Below, one piece after another: positions 47,101 through 58,699 of a stretch of 64,000 nt of DNA. A program made the translations under genes and the position numbers. Source of the DNA: an uncultured beta proteobacterium (GTDB taxonomy: Bacteria; Pseudomonadota; Gammaproteobacteria; Burkholderiales; SG8-39). How positions within the stretch are numbered: position 1 is the first letter of the stretch; every line of letters begins with the position of its first letter. The notes below the pieces were generated by a model. It was given only the letters and a program-made list of their open reading frames with translations. It ran no database searches and was not told the origin of the DNA. The DNA lies in NCBI GenBank assembly GCA_963810475.1, contig CAWENY010000013.1, positions 76,816 to 140,815 on the forward strand. The letters run 5' to 3'.

Positions 47101-48119
47101 TTATCGGCTGAAAAGGCCTTTCAGCTTGTCGAGGCCTTTGCTGACCCCTTGCTTCACCTGGTCGGTCGTGGTCGGGCGGGGCTTCTCGAAGTCGGCGTTC
47201 GCGAGATAAGCCTCGCAGAATCTGGCCGTACTTGCCGCCCATCTTGGAGGTGTAATCGCGTCCCGCGCAGTGCTGCTGAGCGATGGGTTTTGCTTCGACC
47301 GGGCAGTAGCTGCCGAGGAATGCGAGCGATTCGCTTTGCGCGGCTTTCGGGCATTGCGCCTCCTTGATCGAAGCGGTGGTGACGCCGCACATCTGCGCCG
47401 CGTTCTCGTCGCCCTTCGCCTTGAGGAAGCCTTCCTGCGTCTGGTAGCGCTTGCAGAACTCCACCACCCGGGCATTGCAGCTCTTGGCGATCTCCGGGCT
47501 CATCTGGTTCGAGGCATCCATGCTCGACTTGCAGTTCGCGTCCGCCTTCTTGTAGCACTGGCCGTACATGCCGAGGCCGTTCCATTGCATGTTGTCGACC
47601 GCCGCGGCGCATTGCTTGATCTGCGTCTCGGCATGCTGCTTCTGCGCCGCAGCCCCCGCCGCCATGGCGGCTGGCGTGCTGCTGCTTTATCCCCTCGATC
47701 TTCTCGTCGCGCTCGCGGTTCGCCTGCTGGACGTTGCAGGCGCCGACCTTGCGCCCGGTGCTGCTCATGGTGAACTCGCCATCCTTGCTGTTCATCTTGA
47801 TATTGCTCTTGAACTCGGTGCGGGCGGCGTTGTACTGCTGGTCGATCGTCATCGTGCCCTGCTTGCACTGCATGGTGATGGTGGTGCGCGTCGCGGTCTG
47901 CTTCTTGTCGGTGACCTTGCAGTCCTTCTGGTCCTTGTCGCTCGCCGCCCGGCGCTCCGGGTCATCGCCCTGACAGACGCGCTGGGTCTGGCCCCCCATG
48001 CCGGCCGGCATGCCGGGAATGTTCATCTGCGTGCTGATCTCCCACAGCTCGCCGGTGTTCTGCGCCGAGGCAACCAGCGGCACCGCCAGCAGCATGGCGG
48101 CAAAGAAACGCGATCCCAT
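47101..48119 (-). pseudogene. DUF3617-like lipoprotein with Cys-rich C-terminal extension, two frameshifts
   Basis: MGSRFFAAMLLAVPLVASAQNTGELWEISTQMNIPGMP..CKVTDKKQTATRTTITMQCKQGTMT.. The sequence continues in ORF 46931..47665 (..QIKQCAAAVDNMQWNG..) and then ORF 47101..47475 (..FCEAYLANADFEKPRP..GLFSR*). Junctions lie near 47660-47690 and 47219-47222. Length is 3n+2. Confidence 0.6.
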
Positions 48120-48154
48120 TCGGACTCCCCCTGTTTTGACTTTTACGGCTACGC

Positions 48155-48170
48155 GCGAGTGTACACTCGC
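48155..48170. promoter_or_regulatory. 16-bp perfect palindrome GCGAGTGTACACTCGC, candidate operator
   Basis: It sits in the 64-bp divergent region, 14 nt upstream of the ATG at 48184 and 36 nt from the ATG at 48119 on the other strand. Confidence 0.45.
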
Positions 48171-48183
48171 CGCCGAGTCCGAG

Positions 48184-50973
48184 ATGGCCGCAAACCCCCA
48201 GGAAATCGACGCCAATCGCGTGCTCGGCGTGGTCGCCGCGGTCGCCAAAGAAGCGCGCCCGCACGTCGACGCGTACGTCACGCTCGACAGCTCGCTCGAG
48301 CGCGAGCTCGGCCTCGACAGCCTGGCGCGCGTCGAGCTCGTGCTGCGCCTGGAGCGCGAGTTCGCCACCAGCCTGCCCGAGCAGGCGCTCGCCTCGAGCG
48401 AGACGCCGAGGGATCTCTTGCGCTTCCTGCTCGCCGCGCAGGGCCAGGCGCCGCACACGGCGGACCGCACCGTCGCGAGCCTTGCGCAGTCCGAGGGCGT
48501 GCGCAATCCGGACCACGCGCAGACGCTGATCGAGGCGCTCGAGTACCACGTCGAGCGCCAGCCGGATCGGCTCACGGTTTTTCTTTACGAAGACAAGAAC
48601 GAGGTCGAGATCACGTACCGGATGCTCTGGGAAGGAGCGCTCGCGTACGCCGCCGGCCTCGCCGGCGCAGGCCTGCAGCCCGGGCACACCGTGGCGATCA
48701 TGCTGCCGACGTCGAAGGAGTACCTCTACTGCTTCTACGGCACCTTGATCGCGGGCGGCATCCCGGTGCCGCTCTACCCGCCGGCGCGCCTCTCCACCAT
48801 CGAGGACCACCTCACGCGCCACGTCGGCATCCTCAAGAGCTGCGGCGCGGCGATCATGGTGACCATCCCGGAAGCGAAGGCGATCGCGTGGCTGCTGCGC
48901 GCCCAGGTGGAAACCCTGCGCGCGGTGATGATGCCGACGGATTTTCCGGCGAGCGGGAACGATTTCGTTCCGGTCAAGGCGACCTCAGGCCAGACCGGAT
49001 TTCTGCAATACACCTCGGGAAGCACAGGACAACCCAAAGGCGTCGTGCTGACGCATGCCAACCTGCTCGCCAACGTGCGCGCCATGGGAAAGGCGGCGCG
49101 CGCGACTTCGGCCGACGTGTTCGTGAGCTGGCTGCCGCTCTACCACGACATGGGCTTGATCGGCGGCTGCTTCGCGACCATGTACCTCTCGTTCCCGGTG
49201 GTGCTGATGTCGCCGCTCGCCTTCCTCGCGCGGCCGAGCGCGTGGCTGCGCGCCATCCACCGCCATCGCGGCACGATCTCCGGCGGGCCCAACTTCTCCT
49301 ACGAGCTTTGCCTGCGCCGCATCCCCGAGCACGAGCTCGAGGGTCTCGACCTGTCGAGCTGGCGCTTCGCGTTCAATGGCGCCGAGCCGGTGAGCCCGGA
49401 AACCATGATCGGTTTCAGCCAGAAATTCGGGAAATGGGGCTTCAACCGCAACTCCATGTCGCCGGTCTACGGGCTCGCCGAGTGCTCGGTCGGCCTGGCG
49501 TTCACGCCGCCGGGCGATCCGTGGCAGGTGGACCTCCTCGACCGCCAGACATTCTCGAGCAGCGGCGACGCCGCGCTGGCGCGTGAGCACGATCCGGCGC
49601 CGCTCAAGGTGGTGTGCTGCGGGCGCGCGATTCCGGATCACGAGCTGCGCGTAGTCGACGCCGCCGGCATCGAGCTTCCCGACCGCGCCGAAGGATCGCT
49701 GCAGTTCCGCGGCCCCTCGGCCACCAGCGGCTACTACCGCAATCCCGAAGCGACCAAGGGCCTGTTCGACGGCGAGTGGGTGAACACCGGAGATCGCGCC
49801 TATCTCTCCGACGGCATGCTCTACCTCACCGGCCGCGAGAAGGACATCATCATCCGCGGCGGCCGCAACATCAGCCCCTACGAGCTGGAGGAAGCGGTGG
49901 GCGACATTCCCGGCGTGCGCCGCGGCTGCGTGGCGGTGTTCGGCAGCCAGGATTCGGCGAGCGGAACCGAGCGCATCGTGGTGCTCGCCGAGACCCGCGA
50001 ACGGCACGGCGCCGCAGAAGCCGACATCAAGCAGCGCATCAACGACCTCGCGATGAACCTGATCGGCGCGCCGGTGGACGACATCGTGCTCGCGCCGCCG
50101 CACACCGTGCCGAAGACCTCGAGCGGCAAGATCCGCCGGGTCGCCGCGCGCGATTACTACGAGCGCGGCCCGGACGCGGTGCGGCCGCAGGCAGTCTGGC
50201 TGCAGTTCGTGCGCCTCGCCGCGGCCGGCGTCGCGCCGCAGGTCAAGCGCGGCTGGCGCGTCGTGCGCGGCGTGACCTTCGCCGCCCGCGCCTACGCGGC
50301 CTTCGTTCTGACCGCGACGCCGATCTTCGCCATGGCGATGACGAAGAACGTGCCGCTCACGTGGAAGGTGGGCGGCGTGATGACGCGCCTTTTCATGCGC
50401 CTGTCCGGCATTCCGTTCCTGGTGCGCGGGCGCGACAACATTCCGCCGGGGCCGGTGGTGCTGGCGCCGAATCACACCAGCTACCTGGATGCACTGGTGC
50501 TGATCGCAATCCTCGGACCGCGCCAGTTCTCCTTCATCGCCAAGCGCGAGTTCGTGGACAACTGGGTGATGCGCACGCTGCTCGAAGGCTTCGGCACGGT
50601 ATTCGTCGAGCGCTTCGACGTGCAGAAGAGCGCCGAGCATGCCGACGAGCTCGCGGTGGCGGCGAAGCAAGGCGAGTCGCTCGCCATTTTTCCCGAAGGC
50701 ACGCTGCTGCGCCGGCCGGGCCTGCTTCCTTTCCGCACCGGTGCCTTCCAGGTCGCGGTGCAGGCCGGCATCCCGGTGGTGCCGATGGCGCTGCGCGGCG
50801 TGCGCTCGGTGCTGCGCGACGGCACCTGGTTCCCGCGCCGCTTTCCGATCGCGGTCACCATCGGCGCGCCGATCGCGCCGGACGGCAATGATTGGAATGC
50901 CGCGGTCCGGCTGCGCGACCGCGTGCGCGCCGAAGTCCTGAAGTACTGCGGCGAAGCCGATCTTTCTTCCTAG
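48184..50973 (+). CDS. tri-domain fusion: acyl carrier (PP-binding) domain - fatty acyl-AMP ligase (AMP-binding) - membrane anchor - lysophospholipid acyltransferase (PlsC/LPLAT)
   Basis: The ACP serine is in ..ELGLDSLARVEL... AMP-binding motif: FLQYTSGSTGQPKGVVLTH. A hydrophobic stretch follows. LPLAT motifs: NHTSYLDALV (HX4D) and IFPEGT. Intact 929 aa, starting at ATG 48184. Confidence 0.8.
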   Translation: MAANPQEIDANRVLGVVAAVAKEARPHVDAYVTLDSSLERELGLDSLARVELVLRLEREFATSLPEQALASSETPRDLLRFLLAAQGQAPHTADRTVASLAQSEGVRNPDHAQTLIEALEYHVERQPDRLTVFLYEDKNEVEITYRMLWEGALAYAAGLAGAGLQPGHTVAIMLPTSKEYLYCFYGTLIAGGIPVPLYPPARLSTIEDHLTRHVGILKSCGAAIMVTIPEAKAIAWLLRAQVETLRAVMMPTDFPASGNDFVPVKATSGQTGFLQYTSGSTGQPKGVVLTHANLLANVRAMGKAARATSADVFVSWLPLYHDMGLIGGCFATMYLSFPVVLMSPLAFLARPSAWLRAIHRHRGTISGGPNFSYELCLRRIPEHELEGLDLSSWRFAFNGAEPVSPETMIGFSQKFGKWGFNRNSMSPVYGLAECSVGLAFTPPGDPWQVDLLDRQTFSSSGDAALAREHDPAPLKVVCCGRAIPDHELRVVDAAGIELPDRAEGSLQFRGPSATSGYYRNPEATKGLFDGEWVNTGDRAYLSDGMLYLTGREKDIIIRGGRNISPYELEEAVGDIPGVRRGCVAVFGSQDSASGTERIVVLAETRERHGAAEADIKQRINDLAMNLIGAPVDDIVLAPPHTVPKTSSGKIRRVAARDYYERGPDAVRPQAVWLQFVRLAAAGVAPQVKRGWRVVRGVTFAARAYAAFVLTATPIFAMAMTKNVPLTWKVGGVMTRLFMRLSGIPFLVRGRDNIPPGPVVLAPNHTSYLDALVLIAILGPRQFSFIAKREFVDNWVMRTLLEGFGTVFVERFDVQKSAEHADELAVAAKQGESLAIFPEGTLLRRPGLLPFRTGAFQVAVQAGIPVVPMALRGVRSVLRDGTWFPRRFPIAVTIGAPIAPDGNDWNAAVRLRDRVRAEVLKYCGEADLSS

Positions 50974-52818
50974 GAAACTACGCCTTCGATGAAGCGCTGG
51001 AGCGCATCGAGCGGAGCCCGGTCGCGGTAAAGCCGTTCGCGGCCGGCTTCGATGCGCCGGCGCAGTTCCTGACGGCGCTCGCGATCGGCGGCCAGCGCGA
51101 CGGCGAGCTCGACATAGGCCTCGTCCGATGGCGCCACCAGCTCGTCAAGCCCGAGATGGCGCAGCACGCCGCTCCCCAGGCGTCCGCGCAGGAAGCGGCC
51201 TTCGCGCGCCACGATCGGCAAGCCGCATTCCAGCGCCTGCACCGCGGTGTTGAAGCCGGAAAATCCGACGGTGTCGAGATAAAGGTCGGCGCGCTTGAGC
51301 AGCGCGCGGAACGACGCGCGGCTTTGCCACGGCAGGAAAGTGACCTGGCGCTCGAAGTCCGCGCCGGCGCGCCGGAACGACTCGGCGAGCCGCGCGCGCA
51401 GTTTTTCCGCCAGCGGCTCGGGCCGGCTGCGAAAGAACACCAGCCGCGAGCGCGGAACGCGCTGCGCGATCGCCGCGAGCAGCCGGTCGTGCTGCGGCGC
51501 GTACTTGAACGCATTGCCCGGGCAGAGCAGCACGAGCTCGTCAGCGGCCAGATCGAGTGCAGGCGGCTTGCCCGACTCCTCCTTGGTCGGGACCAGCCAG
51601 CAGCCGAGATTCGGCAGCGCCACCAGCTTTTCGGTGTAATTCGCCTGCGCGTCGGCCGGCTCGAGCGCCTGCGCCGACAGGTAGAAATCGATGGTGGGCA
51701 GGCCGCTGGTTTCGGGATGGCCCCAGCTCGCCGCCTGCACCGGCGCGAGGCGCAGCGAAGCCAGCTTCGCGGTGGTCGCGTCCATGCCGATCTCCGGGTA
51801 GAGAAGAAGGTCGAGCTGCGCCTCGTGGATGACGCGCGCCCACGCGTCAAACGGCACGCGGGCCCGCCTCGAAGCGCGCGGCGCGGCGCCGGGCGAGCTC
51901 GGTCTCGGCATCCTGCATCGCGCCGAGATGGAAGATGTGCAGGTCATTGGCCGCCGCAAGGCCCTCGACCCAGCCGCGCACCAGCGCGGTCCACACCGAA
52001 TGCTCGCGGACGTGGGCGGAGACGATGCCGATGCGCGGCTTGCCGCGCCTGTTGCCGTGCGTGTTACCGGCCTGGCGCCGTGCCGGCAGGGGCAGGCCGG
52101 CGCTCGACTGCCATACGGCCATCTGCCCGGCGCACAGCGCGCCGTACTTGGCGAGCAGCTCCCGGTTCGGCGCCTCCTGGTAGGCGAGGTAGAACGGCTG
52201 ATGCACGCCAACCGCCAGGTACGCGTCCGCCCGTCGGGCGGTCGCGAACCATTTGCACAACGCGTCGAGCTGCGCGGCGAAGGCATGGCGGCGCTCCGCG
52301 GGTTCGGTGCCGAAGGCATAGACCGCGGGCAGCTGCGACATCGCGCGCGCCCAGCGTGCCTCGGCGTAGTCCGGGCGGGCGTCGATCGCCGCCTTGAATT
52401 CGGCGATTGCGGCCTGCCAGTCCCCCAGGCCCATGTGCGCGTTCCCCGCTTCGAAGCGCGCCTCGGCGAGCCGCGGATTCAGCTCGCTCGCACGGCGCAG
52501 GCTTGAAAGGGCCTCCTCATAGCGCCGCTCACCCATCAGCATCAGCCCAACGCCGTAATGCGCCTCGGCGAACTTCGGGTCGAGCTGCGCCGCCTTGCGA
52601 TACGCCGCCAGCGCCGCGACCGCGTCGCCGCGGTCGCGATAGGCACTGCCGAGGTTGTGGTACGCGCCGGCGCCCTGCGGCGCAAGCTCGGTCGCGCGGC
52701 GCAGCAGCGTGATCGCCTGGTCGAGCTCGCCGCGCTGCGCGAGCTCGCTGCCCAGGCGAAAGCACGCATCGGCGGACTCCGGCGCCGCCGTCCTGGCGCC
52801 GAACAGCCGCTTCAGCAC
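50970..52818 (-). pseudogene. TPR-repeat / GT41 (OGT-like) glycosyltransferase, third paralog, one frameshift
   Basis: The TPRs are in ORF 51847..53508 (GTG start 52816..52818). The catalytic half is in ORF 50970..52319 (..IGMDATTAKLASLRLAPVQAASWGHPETSGLP..DTVGFSGFNTAVQALECGLPIV..). The junction is near 51858-51868. Length is 3n+1. Confidence 0.75.
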
Positions 52819-53630
52819 GCCAGCGTGCCGTCCACGCAGGTCACCGCGTGGCCGCCAAGGTAGACGCTGTTCTGCCGCCGGCGAACGAAGACCTGGCCAT
52901 TCCGCCCCATTTGCATCCCCTGCCGCGCAATGTATTCGGCGCCGAAGCGCTGCTCGACGACAGCAGCGACGCTCAGGTTGCCGGTGCCGCACACCGGATC
53001 TTCCGGAATGGCGTGCGCGGGCGCGAACGACCGCACATGGATCGCGCTGGACGATTCGCCGGACGGCGCGAACACCGTGGCGCCGGTCACGCCGAGCGAT
53101 ACGCTCCACTCCGCCAGCGCGGTCATGTCCGGCTTGAGCGCCGCGAGCGCGCGCGCATCGCTCATCTCGCCCACCACCCAGATCGGGCCGACGTCGACCT
53201 TGATGACTTTGCTTGCCGGCAGGAGCGGAATCGAAGGGATCTGCGTCTCCATCTGCTCGAGCTTTGGCGGCGGCCCTTTGAGAAAAATCCTGCCATCCGG
53301 CTCGACGTCGAGCTCGATCAGGCCCGCGCCGCATTCCTGCACCAGCTGCTTTTTGCGGGCGACAAAACCGGACTCCAGCGCCGCGTGCGCCGAGCCGATC
53401 GTTGGATGGCCGGCGAACGGCAGCTCCTGGCGCGGGGTGAAGATCCGCAGCCGGTAGTCCGCCTTGTCGGACTTCAGGAGGAAGGTGGTCTCCGAAAGGT
53501 TGGTCCACCCGGCGATGCGTTGCATCTGCGCGGTGTCGAGCGCCTCGGCGTCGATGACGACCGCCACCGGGTTGCCGAGGAACGGCTTGGCAGTGAAGAC
53601 ATCGACCTGCTTGAAGCGCAGAGTTTTCAT
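52812..53630 (-). CDS. PhzF-family (phenazine-biosynthesis-like) isomerase
   Basis: MKTLRFKQVDVFTAKPFLGNPVAVV..LSETTFL..IFTPRQELPFAGHPTIGS.. 272 aa, intact. Confidence 0.85.
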   Translation of the reverse strand: MKTLRFKQVDVFTAKPFLGNPVAVVIDAEALDTAQMQRIAGWTNLSETTFLLKSDKADYRLRIFTPRQELPFAGHPTIGSAHAALESGFVARKKQLVQECGAGLIELDVEPDGRIFLKGPPPKLEQMETQIPSIPLLPASKVIKVDVGPIWVVGEMSDARALAALKPDMTALAEWSVSLGVTGATVFAPSGESSSAIHVRSFAPAHAIPEDPVCGTGNLSVAAVVEQRFGAEYIARQGMQMGRNGQVFVRRRQNSVYLGGHAVTCVDGTLAC

Positions 53631-53676
53631 GGCGCCATAATCGCGCTGCGGCCGGGGATCTGGCTGGCTACAGGAC

Positions 53677-55730
53677 CTACTTCAGGATTCGCAGCAGATT
53701 GTGGTGCGCGTCGGTGAACACCGGCAGCCCCGGCTTGTCCGCGATTTCCTCCGTCCCCTCGGCGAGCGTCGGCCAGGAAAGCAGCGCGACATCGCGCGTG
53801 ACCACGACCTGGTCGGTCGAGGAGTACCAGTACTCGGCGCCATCGGCGCCTTCGGGTATGTCGGAGACGTTCCTCGCCTGCAGGCCGAACTCGGCCGCCA
53901 GGAGCTTCACCACCGGCAGCAGGTCGATGAAGCGGTTGGTGGCCTGGAACACGATCACGCCGTTGGGCTTGAGGTGCTTGAGATAGATCGCCATCGCCTC
54001 GCGCGTCACCAGGTGCATCGGGATCGAGTCGCCGGAGAAAGCGTCGATGCCGAGCACGTCGTACTGGCGCGGCGGCTCGCGCTCGAGCGAAAGCCGGCCG
54101 TCGCCGAGCACGACGTCGACTTTCGCCGCCGAATCCTGCAAGAAGGTGAATTCGCGCGCCGCGATGTCGATCACGCGCGGGCTGATCTCGTAGAACACGA
54201 GCGAGTCGCCCGGCTTCATCCACGCCGCCACCACGCCCGCGCCCAGGCCGATGATGCCGACCTTGAGCGGCTGCTTCGGCTTCATCTCGCGCAGCGAGGT
54301 GAACACTCGCCCGTAGCCTGAGCCCGGGCCGAAATAATCCGCCGGCGTGTTGCGGAACGAGTCGCCCAGCAGCTGCCCGCCGTGCATGATCGCGCCGTGG
54401 TACATCGAGCGGTAAGGCACCGGGCTGTGATGGTCGGCGGTGCGCACCACGCCGTAGAAGTCGCGCTCCATCACGCGCACGCCCTCGGTGTAGTCGTACA
54501 CGCCGCGCAGCACGAATCCGGCGCTCAGCACCGTCACCGCCACCGCGCCCCAGCGCCAGCCGCGGCGCAGGCTTACCGCCAGCACCGCGCCGAGCGCGAC
54601 CAACGCAATGCCGAGCTCGAAATAGCCAGACAGGGTGAGCGGCGCGACGATCGCGACCAGCACCGCGCCGAGCGCGCCACCGAGCGACAGCATCAGATAA
54701 AAACGCGTGAGGTGGCGCGGATCAGGCTTGAGCCGCGCGAGCTCGCCGTGGCACACCATGCAGGCGGCGAACAGGCCGGCGAAGTAGAGCGGCGCCGCAA
54801 CCCGCAGGTCCAACGACGGGATCGCCCACGCCATGAGCGGCACCAGCAGGCCGAGCGCGCCCATGAACACCGGGCGGATGTACCAGCGCGGGTGGTCGAA
54901 CGCGAGGATGAAGCTCACCAGGTACAGGGCGAGCGGCAGCACCCACAGGAACGGCACGCTGGAGATGTTCTGCGTGATGTGGTTGGTGACCGCGAGCAGC
55001 ATCACCGAGCCCATGGCCGAGAGAAGAAGCCATTGCAACTGCGACTTTGCAGGAACGGCTGAAGTCGCAACGACCTTTTGCTGAACCTCCACCCCGTTCA
55101 TCGACAGCCACGCGGTGGCCGCGCAAAGGACCGCAAACCCGGCGAACAGGAACGACCAGCCCCAGCCCAGCGTGGTGAGGTCGAACGCCGGCTCGAACAG
55201 CACCGGGAAGCCGAGCAAGCGCGAGCAGCGAGGCGAAGTTGGAGAGCGCGAACAGGCGGTACGGCACCGCGCTCTGGAAGCGGCGCCAGTACCACGCCTG
55301 GAGGAGCGGCGTGGTGGTGGAAAGCAGGAAGTACGGCAGGCCGATGGTCGCGAGGAGCAGCAGCAGGATGCGCAGGATCGGCTGTTCGTCGCCCTGCGGC
55401 TTCCAGCCCGTCGAGGCCAGGATCGGCAGGCTGATGAGCGACACGGCGAGCAGCGCGATGTGCAGCATCGCCTGGCGCCGGGCGCCAAGGCGCGTGGTGA
55501 GGTCGGCGTAGGCGTAGCCGGCGAGCAGCACGCTCTGGAAGAACACCAGGCAGGTGGTCCACACCGCCGCCGAGCCGCCGAACCACGGCAGGATCTGCTT
55601 GGCGATGATCGGCTGCACCAGGAAGAGCAGGAACGAGGACAGGAAAATGGTCGCCGCGTACGGCAGGGTGGCGACCAGCGGGGTGCGTGCGGCTAGCGTT
55701 TGAATTTCAAGGCTCGCTTTTCAGATCCAT
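53677..55730 (-). pseudogene. polytopic membrane domain fused to spermidine-synthase-like (class I MTase fold) domain, two frame changes
   Basis: The C-terminal part is ..VGIIGLGAGVVA..VLGIDAFSGDSIPMHL... The membrane part is split between ORFs 54722..55618 and 53677..55488, with a junction near 55216-55220. I propose the N-terminus MDLKASLEIQTLAARTPLVATLPYAATIF.. from ATG 55728..55730, needing one base removed from T4 55718..55721. Length is 3n+2. Confidence 0.6.
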
Positions 55731-55751
55731 GCAACGCGGCAAGCCGCGGGC

Positions 55752-55783
55752 GGTTGACCGGGTGGGTGACCGAGCGGGTGACC
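55752..55783. repeat. three direct repeats GGKTGACC with 12-bp spacing
   Basis: GGTTGACC 55752..55759, GGGTGACC 55764..55771, GGGTGACC 55776..55783. They lie between the sucD stop and the proposed start at 55730 of the next gene. Confidence 0.5.
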
Positions 55784-56657
55784 TATTTCAGCACGGACTT
55801 CAGCGTCTTGCCCATCTCGGCCGGGTTGCGCGTCACCTTGATGCCGCACGCCTCCATCACGGCGAGCTTCTCCTGCGCCGTGCCCTTGCCGCCGGAAATA
55901 ATCGCGCCGGCGTGGCCCATGCGCTTGCCCGGCGGGGCGGTAATGCCGGCGATGAACCCCACCACCGGCTTCTTCATGTGGTTCTTGACCCATTGGGCGG
56001 CGATCTCCTCGTCCGAGCCGCCGATCTCGCCCACCATGATCACCGCCTCGGTCTGCGGGTCGTCGTTGAACATCTTCATCACGTCGATGTGCTTGAGCCC
56101 GTTGACCGGGTCGCCGCCGATACCGACACAGCTCGACTGGCCCAGGCCCAGCTCCGTCAGCTGCCCCACCGCCTCGTAGGTCAGCGTGCCCGAGCGCGAC
56201 ACCACGCCGATCGGTCCTCGCTTATGGATGTGCCCCGGCATGATGCCGATCTTGATCTCGTCCGGCGTGATCACGCCCGGGCAGTTCGGGCCGACCAGCA
56301 GCGTGCGCTTGCCTTTCATGCGGTGCTTGGTGCGGATCATGTCGCGCACCGGGATACCCTCGGTGATGCAGATCACGAGGTCGAGGTCCGCGTCCACCGC
56401 CTCGTCGATCGCCGCGGCCGCGAACGGCGGCGGCACGTAGATCACCGACACGTTGGCGCCGGTCTGCGCCTTCGCGTCCTTCACCGTACCGAAGATCGGA
56501 ATGCCCTCGAAATTCTCGCCCGCCTTCTTCGGATTCACGCCGGCGACGAAGCAGGCCTTGCCGTTGGCATAGGCCCGGCTGGTCTGCGTGTGGAACATGC
56601 CCGTCTTGCCGGTGATGCCCTGCGTCATCACCCGCGTGTTCTTGTCGATGAGGATGC

Positions 56658-56661
<4 letters not shown>
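55783..56661 (-). CDS. sucD: succinate--CoA ligase (ADP-forming) alpha subunit
   Basis: [37 protein letters not shown].. 292 aa. Confidence 0.95.
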
Positions 56662-58055
<1,394 letters not shown>

Positions 58056-58074
58056 TGTCGTTCTATCGTCCGCG

Positions 58075-58665
58075 CTAACGGCTCGCGCCGGCATTGACGC
58101 CGGTCAAGCGCTGCCGGCCGCCGCCTTTCTTGCGATACCACTTCGGATACCACTTGCGCACCGTTTCGCTGCCGGTGTCGAGCGCGTGGCACTGGTCGAG
58201 CTGGAACGGCTTGCGCCCATCCTCGCGCTCTTCCGGCATCTCGCCGGCGAAGGTCTGGATCGCCGCGGTGGGGAAGCCGGCGAGCATTTCGGTGAGGTGG
58301 GTGCAGCCTTTGACGCCCGTAAAAAGTCGCTTGGTGTTCATGCGAAAGTCACGGACCAGGTTGAGGCCGATCAGCCGCTTATAGGCGGGCGCGATGGTTT
58401 CGCAGCCGTCGGGATACGGCACGGCGTCGGAGCTCGCGCTGGCGTCGAGCACGGTGAAGTGCCGGTCGATGGTGAGACGCAGCCACATCTCGTGGATCGG
58501 CTGGCCGGCCCGGCGCACGCCGGCCTTCATCGGGTTGTCGTGGCTCTTGACGTCGGTGAGGTGCGCTTCGATGTCCCAGAGTCCGTCGGCGCGCTTGTAA
58601 CCCTCGTAGCGCACGCGGCGCGTGTGCCGCAGCTCGCGCTCGACGTCGGTGACCGGCAATGGCAT
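58075..58665 (-). CDS. DUF2889-family protein
   Basis: 196 aa: ..[38 protein letters not shown].. This pattern is one I associate with DUF2889. Confidence 0.6.
   Translation of the reverse strand: MPLPVTDVERELRHTRRVRYEGYKRADGLWDIEAHLTDVKSHDNPMKAGVRRAGQPIHEMWLRLTIDRHFTVLDASASSDAVPYPDGCETIAPAYKRLIGLNLVRDFRMNTKRLFTGVKGCTHLTEMLAGFPTAAIQTFAGEMPEEREDGRKPFQLDQCHALDTGSETVRKWYPKWYRKKGGGRQRLTGVNAGASR
58094..58107. promoter_or_regulatory. Crp/Fnr-type box TTGAC-GCCG-GTCAA upstream of sucC
   Basis: Perfect 5+5 palindrome. It lies 39-52 nt upstream of the sucC ATG, within the last codons of the DUF2889 gene. Confidence 0.55.
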
Positions 58666-58673
58666 AAGGCGCG

Positions 58674-58694
58674 GATTCTAGCGGAAGTAGAATC
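58674..58694. promoter_or_regulatory. inverted repeat GATTCTA-N7-TAGAATC in the glpK / DUF2889 divergent region
   Basis: Perfect 7-bp arms, ending 5 nt before the glpK GTG start. Confidence 0.35.
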
Positions 58695-58699
58695 GCCCG

